64,000 nt of DNA, from contig RDOB01000005.1 in the NCBI GenBank assembly GCA_011364965.1, positions 32,001-96,000 of the forward strand, read 5' to 3'. The number at the start of each line of letters is the position of its first letter. Position 1 is the stretch's first letter. The notes beneath the pieces were generated by a model that did not search any database, was not told where the DNA came from, and saw nothing but the letters and a program-made list of their open reading frames with translations. Of this stretch, positions 57,184-64,000 are shown one piece after another. The stretch is from Candidatus Heimdallarchaeota archaeon. GTDB lineage: Archaea > Asgardarchaeota > Heimdallarchaeia > Hodarchaeales > Hodarchaeaceae. Made by a program: the position numbers and the translations under genes.

Positions 57184-58953
57184 CTATTCTATTGTCGCTC
57201 GGATTCTTATTAAGCCTGTTCCGATATTCTGCTGCTTTTGAATTATAAAATGCTTAATTTCACTCGTATTTCTGACATGGGGTCCTGTACAAATTTCTTT
57301 GGAAAAATCTCCAACAGAATAAACAGATACATTTTCTTCATATCGATCATCAAAGAAACCTAAAGCTCCTTGTTTTTTGGCTTCTGAAGGCTTCATAATT
57401 ACTTTCTTAACTGGTAACGCTTCCTGTATTTTTTGGTTAACAAGATCTTCAACTGCTTTCAGTTCTTCCCTAGAGAGTTTCTGTGAATGAGTAAAGTCAA
57501 AGCGTGTCCTTTCTGATGTGATATTACTTCCTCTTTGCTGAACGTGTTCACCTAATACCTCTCTCAAAGCTTGCTGAAGTAAGTGAGTTGCTGTATGTAA
57601 TCTTGTAGTTCTTGATGAATGATCAGCTAATCCACTTTGAAAAGTTCCTTCAGTTGCTTTCCGTGAGAGATCTCTATGTCCTTCAAATTCCTGTTTAAAT
57701 TTATCAAGATCGATTTCTAGATTTTTTTCAGCAGCTAATTCAAGAGTAATTTCCAATGGGAATCCGAATGAAGTAAATAATAAAAAAGCATCCTTTGCTG
57801 TAATTGTACCAGTCTGCGAATAGATTTGATTAAATTTTCTCAATCCTTTTCTTAAGGCAGTAGAAAATTTCTGCTCTTCTTGAGTTAACTGCTCAATTAT
57901 AAAGCTTTTATTATTTTCAAGTTCTGGGTAAATATTTTTGTAGGTTTCTATGACTATCTGAGCAAGAACTGGAAGAAAGCGTTGTTTGATATTTAATAAA
58001 TTTCCCTGTCTAATAATCCTTCTTATTAAACGCCTTAAAACGTATCCTTGCCCCAAATTAGATGGTGTTAAATGTTTATCGTCTCCTAGAATGAAAGTTG
58101 CAGCACGAATATGATCTGCTATTATATGGACTGATTCTATTTGTTCTGGGTTAGGATGGTCTATTTTCGTGAAATCTACTATACGATCCACTATTGGTTT
58201 AATCGTATCAATTTCGAAAATTGTCTTCATATCATTTAATACTGCCACAGTCCGTTCAATCCCCATGCCTGTATCAACATTTTTCTGTTTTAATTTTTCG
58301 TATTTATTCTCTGAAACTTTATTATAACTCATAAATACGTCATTCCAGATTTCAAAATACTTACCACAATTACAACCTGGTTGACAGCTTGAAGAGCATT
58401 TTTTCTTTCCTGTATCGAAAAACATTTCAGTATCTGGACCACAAGGCCCTGTTTCCCCAGCTGGTCCCCACCAATTATCTTCACGAGGTAGATAATATAT
58501 TCTTTTTTCAGGAATACCCACTTTTTTCCAAATAGATGCAGATTCCTCATCACGAGGAACCTCTTCATCGCCTTCAAAAACGGTTACAGAGATTTTATTT
58601 GGATCTAGGCCTAGCCAACGTGGATCCGTTAAGAACTCCCAGCTCATCTCTATTGCTTCTTCTTTGAAATAATCCCCTAAAGACCAGTTACCAAGCATTT
58701 CAAAAAATGTTAAATGAGTCGAATCTCCAACATCTTCAATATCACCTGTACGGATGCATTTTTGACAATTTACTAGGCGTTTACCAGACGGATGGGGTTC
58801 TCCAAGTAAAAATGGTTGCAGAGGGTGCATGCCAGCGGTCGTGAAAAGGACTGTAGGATCATTTTCAGGTAGTAAAGAAGCTGAGCTAATGATAGAATGA
58901 TTTTTTTCTTCAAAAAATTTCAAGTACAATGTTCTAAGCATATCGGAGTCCAC
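57184..58953 (-). CDS. alaS: Alanine--tRNA ligase, short form (no C-Ala domain)
   Basis: LFTTAGM, QKCIR, TFFEMLGN, GPCGP, EIWNDVFM, DTGMGIER, ADHIR, editing HTATH...CTGPH. Confidence 0.93.
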   Translation of the reverse strand: MDSDMLRTLYLKFFEEKNHSIISSASLLPENDPTVLFTTAGMHPLQPFLLGEPHPSGKRLVNCQKCIRTGDIEDVGDSTHLTFFEMLGNWSLGDYFKEEAIEMSWEFLTDPRWLGLDPNKISVTVFEGDEEVPRDEESASIWKKVGIPEKRIYYLPREDNWWGPAGETGPCGPDTEMFFDTGKKKCSSSCQPGCNCGKYFEIWNDVFMSYNKVSENKYEKLKQKNVDTGMGIERTVAVLNDMKTIFEIDTIKPIVDRIVDFTKIDHPNPEQIESVHIIADHIRAATFILGDDKHLTPSNLGQGYVLRRLIRRIIRQGNLLNIKQRFLPVLAQIVIETYKNIYPELENNKSFIIEQLTQEEQKFSTALRKGLRKFNQIYSQTGTITAKDAFLLFTSFGFPLEITLELAAEKNLEIDLDKFKQEFEGHRDLSRKATEGTFQSGLADHSSRTTRLHTATHLLQQALREVLGEHVQQRGSNITSERTRFDFTHSQKLSREELKAVEDLVNQKIQEALPVKKVIMKPSEAKKQGALGFFDDRYEENVSVYSVGDFSKEICTGPHVRNTSEIKHFIIQKQQNIGTGLIRIRATIE

Positions 58954-59056
58954 TGGATGCCCACCTATTTAATTCATGCTCTAAGAAAACCCACTCTTGT
59001 AAATTAATAAACTATTATCTCTGGTATTTTGTATGATGGAGAAAATGATACCAAAT

Positions 59057-62000
59057 TTACTTATTCTTCACATTATTAATCGAAATCGTGAGCTCTCTAG
59101 TTTTACTGTAAGGATCTTGAATGACCCAGTTTTTAGTAAATCCTTTTACTGTAGAAAAATCGAGAGACAAAGCGAGGACTTCTTCTTTAATCAAGTTTAG
59201 ATAGCGTTGTATCATTTCTTGAGTTTCATTGGTAATATTACTTATTCCCACACATATTTCGTCGTCATATGCGAGCTCCATATCTTTTCGCATTGATTGG
59301 ATTCGTCTAATTAAATCACGTACGAACCCTTCTTGTAGAAGTTCCTCACTAGGATTCATATTGAGGAATAGATCTCCATGAGTGAAAGAAGCCCCGCTAT
59401 ATCCTTCTCGTTCTGTAATTCGAATTTCTAAATCTTCTTTAGAAATTGTAACAATTTGTCCATTGATCTCAATTTCAAGTGTACCGTTTGCATTTAAGAT
59501 TTCAGCAATATCTTTTGCAGTTTGCCCTTTTTGTCCCCTCATCCAAGAAGCAACATCATTTGCATTCTTTTTAAATTTAGGGCCTAATTGTTTGAAATTT
59601 GGTGCAAAAGAAATCTCCTGAAATTCAACAGGATTATCAGAAAAAAGCATCTCTTTTACGTTCAACTCTTGAAGTAATAAATCTTTAAATGCAATTAATG
59701 CTTCTTTTCCTTGCGAATTAGTGACAAAGATAACCTGGGGAAGAGGCCAACGAGCTTTAAAGTCTTTTCTTGCTCTAATGGCCCTTCCGGTAGTTATCGC
59801 GTCACGTGAGATACTCACCAATGATTCTAGTTCTGGTTTTATAGCCTGTTCATTGACGTGGGGATAGGTTTCAAGATGTACACTTAATTTTCCATGACCT
59901 TGGCTTACAACAAGGTCTTGGTAAATTTTTTCACTAAGAAATGGTAAAATTGGAGCGATTACTTTGGATAAAGATTCTAATATCTCATATAAGGTAGAGT
60001 ACGCTGATTTTTTTGAAACAGTTAATTTTTTTTCCCAAAATCTCCTTCGAGACTGTCTGATCCATAAATTGGAAAGGTCTGCGTTCAAGAAATTTTTAAG
60101 AGCTTTTATAGCAAAATGAATTGATAAATCGTCATACCCTTGTTCTATTTCCTTTAATGTGGTATTATAACGAGAGAGTATCCATTGGTCAAGCAATGGT
60201 CTTTTAGATGGTGCAATTTGATATTTTTTTAGCTCTGGAGAGTAATTATCTAGATTTGCATAAGTGACAAAGAAAGATAATACATTCCAAAGCGGTAAAA
60301 TGAATTCTTTGAGACTTTCCTCTACAAGATTGTCACCAAATCGAACATCATTCCAAGTAGGTGTGCTAAAGAGAAGCCATCTGGAAGGATCAGCTCCATA
60401 TTCACTGAAAATATGCTGTGGATCACTGTAGTTTCCTTTTGATTTGGACATCTTCTTACCGTCTTCATCTTGAACATGCCCCATAGTTAAACACGTTAGA
60501 TATGCAGGTTTATCAAATACAACTGTAGAGATCGCTAAGAGAGAGTAGAACCATCCTCGGGTTTGATCGATAGCTTCAGTAATAAAATCAATTGGAAAAT
60601 GCTTTTCAAATTCTTCCTTGTTTTCAAAGGGATAGTGCCATTGAGCGAATGGTGCTGATCCAGAGTCATACCAGCAATCTATTACATACTCTTCTCGTTT
60701 CGCTAAAGATTTACATTTAGGGCATGTGACTTGTATTTTATCAACATCTGGTTTATGAAGAGAGAATCCTTTAGGTAAACCTCCTTTAGTCAAATTATGA
60801 AGCTCTTTACGGCTTCCCACAATGAATTCATGTCCCTTTTTGCAGGTCCAAATTGGAAGAGGAGTACCCCAATAGCGCGAGCGGGATAAAGACCAGTCTT
60901 TTAATTCATCTAGGAAATTACCAAATCGGCCATCTTTAAGGTGCTTGGGTTGCCATCTGATTTGTTGATTTAATTCTCGGATGCGATCACGGACTTGGCT
61001 CATACCAATAAACCAAGATTCCATGGCATAATAAAGAAGAGGGGAATCACATCTCCAGCAAAACGGATATGTATGGGTTATCTCTTCAACTCGAAGTAGT
61101 TTATTCTCTTCCTCTAATTTGTTTATAATAAGGGGGTCTGCTTTTTTGACATGTAAACCACCAAAATCAGGCATATCTGGATCAAAAGTTCCATTTTCAC
61201 GAACAGGATTTAGCATATCTACTCCTATTGCTTGACATAGCTCATAGTCTTCCACACCAAACGCAGGTGCACAATGAACTATCCCTGTTCCTTCTTCCAT
61301 TGAAACAAAATCCGCTGCAACAATGAAATGAGCTTTACCAGTCTTTTTGTTGGCTGTATAAGGGAAAAGAGCTTCATATTCTAAATCGAGGAGTGTTTCG
61401 CCAGGATATTCCTTGAGGATATCTTTTTTCTCATGAAAAACCCGTGGTAAGAGTTCTTTTGCAAATATGAGGATTTCACCTTCGTGATCGACTTCAATGT
61501 ATGCAGCTTCTTTATTAACAGCTAATACTAAATTGGAAAGTAAAGTCCAAGGAGTTGTAGTCCAAGCTAAGGCGTACTTATTTGTTTCTCCTTTTAATTT
61601 GAACTTGATGAATATACTCGGATCTTGGGTTTCCTGATATCCCTGGGCAACTTCATGAGAGGAAATAGGAGTTCCACATCTAGTACAGTAGGGGACAACT
61701 TTATACCCTTTGAATAATAATTTTTTATCATAAATCTGTTTTAACGACCACCAAACCGATTCAATATAATCTTCAGACATTGTGATGTAGGATTTGGAGA
61801 GATCAAGATGAAAACCAATTCTTTCAGACAGCTCTTCCCATTCTTTGACATAACGCATCACAGACTCTGGACACTTAGTAATGAACTTATCAATGCCATA
61901 TTCGATAATATCCTCTTTGCTTTCCAGACCAAGCTCCTTTTCAACTTCAATCTCGACAGGGAGTCCATGACAATCCCAGCCTCCTATTCTTGGTGTTACA

Positions 62001-62236
62001 TAGTGGCCTGTCATGGTTTTGTATCGTAGATAAATATCCTTTATTGCTCGAGTTAACGCATGGCCCATATGGGGGTGTCCATTTGCTGTCGGGGGTCCTT
62101 CCAAAAAAACAAAAGGTTTTTTGTCTTTAGATGCCTCCTGTATCTTGTTATAAATATCATTTTGTTTCCAAAATTCCAGTATGTGCATCTCTTCTTTCGG
62201 AAGGTTTGGTTTGGTTGGTAGATTCGGGAATTTCAC
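59057..62236 (-). CDS. ileS: Isoleucine--tRNA ligase (type 2)
   Basis: EGPPTANG, HMGH, GWDCHGLPVE, WTTTPWTL, GTGIVH, SRSRYWGTP, DQTRGWFY, KMSKS. Confidence 0.97.
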   Translation of the reverse strand: MKFPNLPTKPNLPKEEMHILEFWKQNDIYNKIQEASKDKKPFVFLEGPPTANGHPHMGHALTRAIKDIYLRYKTMTGHYVTPRIGGWDCHGLPVEIEVEKELGLESKEDIIEYGIDKFITKCPESVMRYVKEWEELSERIGFHLDLSKSYITMSEDYIESVWWSLKQIYDKKLLFKGYKVVPYCTRCGTPISSHEVAQGYQETQDPSIFIKFKLKGETNKYALAWTTTPWTLLSNLVLAVNKEAAYIEVDHEGEILIFAKELLPRVFHEKKDILKEYPGETLLDLEYEALFPYTANKKTGKAHFIVAADFVSMEEGTGIVHCAPAFGVEDYELCQAIGVDMLNPVRENGTFDPDMPDFGGLHVKKADPLIINKLEEENKLLRVEEITHTYPFCWRCDSPLLYYAMESWFIGMSQVRDRIRELNQQIRWQPKHLKDGRFGNFLDELKDWSLSRSRYWGTPLPIWTCKKGHEFIVGSRKELHNLTKGGLPKGFSLHKPDVDKIQVTCPKCKSLAKREEYVIDCWYDSGSAPFAQWHYPFENKEEFEKHFPIDFITEAIDQTRGWFYSLLAISTVVFDKPAYLTCLTMGHVQDEDGKKMSKSKGNYSDPQHIFSEYGADPSRWLLFSTPTWNDVRFGDNLVEESLKEFILPLWNVLSFFVTYANLDNYSPELKKYQIAPSKRPLLDQWILSRYNTTLKEIEQGYDDLSIHFAIKALKNFLNADLSNLWIRQSRRRFWEKKLTVSKKSAYSTLYEILESLSKVIAPILPFLSEKIYQDLVVSQGHGKLSVHLETYPHVNEQAIKPELESLVSISRDAITTGRAIRARKDFKARWPLPQVIFVTNSQGKEALIAFKDLLLQELNVKEMLFSDNPVEFQEISFAPNFKQLGPKFKKNANDVASWMRGQKGQTAKDIAEILNANGTLEIEINGQIVTISKEDLEIRITEREGYSGASFTHGDLFLNMNPSEELLQEGFVRDLIRRIQSMRKDMELAYDDEICVGISNITNETQEMIQRYLNLIKEEVLALSLDFSTVKGFTKNWVIQDPYSKTRELTISINNVKNK

Positions 62237-62718
62237 AATTTACGCCTCTTTATGTCTTTAGACGGAGAATTGCATGCATTCTTACTTCAAAGATCTTTCC
62301 CAAAAAACGTTTGGCTAGTTTTGGAGGAAATTTCCTTATGTGATTACAAAAGGGAATCTGAATGTCAAAAATACAGCAATCTAAATATCCGTTCAAACTC
62401 TCAAACTCCCAGGAAAAGTTGAGAAAATACTTTTTAAGCAAAAATAATTTGTGCGACAATAATAATGGCTCCTATGAGCTCATTGAAATTAGATTTGTCT
62501 AATTGCATATTGTCACATCATTTTAACAACTAGAGTTTCCTGGCCTCCGGTTGATTGAACAAATTGTTCAAGCTCTTATAAGCTTTTGTTTTACGTCCAC
62601 AAAAATCCTTCCCAACATGATAAGCTATAGAAATATATGCACTAAAAAGAATATCTGAGAATTATAACCCAAATGTCTTGACATCATGCCTGATTCGGAG
62701 ACTCTATTCTATTTTTTA

Positions 62719-63717
62719 TTAAATGGCTCTCCATCCAATTCTTTGTTTAAAATCCAGATGTCTTACATTTTCAATTTTGAAATCGTACATTTTTTCAGCT
62801 TTTATACCCCACAATCCCAGTCTTCCATCAGTGGAGATGCGTATATCTTCTATAAAAGCTCTAAAAACATCCATTTTAGAAATTTGGTAAATCCCAGAGC
62901 TTAATACGAATGAAATACATCTTTGACTCGTTGAATCAACATCATAACGATAGAACCATTCATTTGCGATCAAAAAAGATAGAATATACCTTCCAGATGA
63001 TTCCAGTTCGAACGTTTCTGGATAAGCTTTTGGTAATAAGATTTTAAACCAATTTAAGTTTCTTTTTGCTAATGCAATAGAAATTAATTTAGCATTTTTC
63101 AAGGTAATGGCAGAGATCGCTTCAAAGTTGTTGCTAGCAGTCTCTAAGTCTCCATTCTGTAGAAATAATTCCCCCAGAAGGCAAAATTTTTCATCTTCTG
63201 AATTGAACTTATAATCACCAGCTTTAATTGCAGCAATTTCATCTTCTATATTTAGAATTACATCCCGTTCAAAAAATCTATTTTTCTTTTGAGAAACAAG
63301 CTTCTCTATTTGCGGATTTGCTTTCAAATCGGATTGACCTTGCGTATAAAAACTAAAAAGAATTTCTGCAAACGAATCAAATTCTTCTTCACTTAATTGC
63401 TCGGGTTTCTCATGTTTAATTTCAGTTAGATCATATACCTTTTCTCGCTCCATAATCTCCATGAAAAATAAGTCATTCTCCTCTAGCGATGTTTTTTCTA
63501 TTAAAAAAGCATGAATTCTCTTAACCTGAGTGAAATAGGTCGGAATAGATACTGTTCCCGCTCTAAACTTTGACTCTTGACTTAAAAACCAGTTTTTCCA
63601 TTCAACCCACTCATTTTCCGTAATATTTGGAATATCAGAAGATGAAAATAAATCTACTAAGATTTTACTTGCAATTTTCAATGATTCGAGGTCTTGTGTA
63701 ATGGTTATCGGATTCAT
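62719..63717 (-). CDS. Hypothetical protein with a TPR-like motif
   Basis: 332-aa ORF; FCLLGELFLQNGDLETASNNF resembles one TPR. Confidence 0.7.
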   Translation of the reverse strand: MNPITITQDLESLKIASKILVDLFSSSDIPNITENEWVEWKNWFLSQESKFRAGTVSIPTYFTQVKRIHAFLIEKTSLEENDLFFMEIMEREKVYDLTEIKHEKPEQLSEEEFDSFAEILFSFYTQGQSDLKANPQIEKLVSQKKNRFFERDVILNIEDEIAAIKAGDYKFNSEDEKFCLLGELFLQNGDLETASNNFEAISAITLKNAKLISIALAKRNLNWFKILLPKAYPETFELESSGRYILSFLIANEWFYRYDVDSTSQRCISFVLSSGIYQISKMDVFRAFIEDIRISTDGRLGLWGIKAEKMYDFKIENVRHLDFKQRIGWRAI

Positions 63718-64000
63718 GATCTCACTATCTGCAATAACGGCTAATTTCCAACAAAAGTTAAGTAGAAGAGTATCTTAAAGTATTTTTAGGAGATTAGCTT
63801 TAACCCCCTCGTACATCCTTTAATAACAAATGTTTTTCAAGGAGGACTGAATTCCTCTCTTCAGTAATTCCACCTTACGTATTAATTTATTTAGTAAGGG
63901 AAAATCTTGACCAGAATTTAGCTTAATGGTAGAAATAAGCATTTTAGGGTTATTTTTTTCTCAATGAGTTGTAAAACATGTCTGAAATAGCTCAAAAAGC

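Noticed and set aside
62250-62700. Short ORFs upstream of ileS (62250-62459 and fragments)
   Set aside because: No recognisable product or start signal; could be a decayed gene but cannot be supported
2549-62904. Numerous 60-160 aa ORFs antisense or out-of-frame within larger genes (e.g. 2549-2938, 13763-14122, 47009-47482, 55415-55822)
   Set aside because: Shadow ORFs overlapping well-supported genes, with no motifs
1-64000. tRNA/rRNA genes, CRISPR arrays, IS elements, integrases
   Set aside because: No GC-rich cloverleaf or rRNA-like tracts, regularly spaced repeats, transposase or recombinase motifs were seen by eye; small ncRNAs cannot be excluded without Infernal/tRNAscan

Overview
This is an AT-rich, gene-dense archaeal chromosomal segment, most likely from an Asgard archaeon (Heimdallarchaeia-like). 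That assignment is inferred from eukaryotic-signature-type genes (single-domain gelsolin, two longin-like paralogues, a Roadblock/LC7 protein, a uDENN/longin-like protein) together with archaeal Nep1 and ADP-forming acyl-CoA synthetase. About 58 CDSs are supported. They include housekeeping genes (ileS, a short alaS, nep1, mutM, mtnA, larB/larC, yggS), a leucine-catabolism cluster (split MCC, hydratase) running into glnA-nitrilase-nadE-class II amidotransferase, and a flotillin/NfeD pair. I found no tRNA, rRNA, CRISPR array or mobile element. The best candidate for an undescribed system is a tight four-gene operon at 11616-15248: a glutamate dehydrogenase homologue missing two of three active-site lysines, an orphan protein, a standalone TIR domain with Asp at the catalytic Glu position, and an intact GDH. 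A convergent tandem Lrp/AsnC-like regulator follows, and a shared 22-bp palindrome lies upstream of both the operon and the regulator. Other notable items are a 1398-aa TrmB-HTH/hendecad coiled-coil/PLD-like protein, an internally duplicated beta-class DNA methyltransferase, a tail-to-tail longin paralogue pair and a gelsolin-Zn-ribbon fusion. All family calls come from motif recognition by eye; no searches were run.
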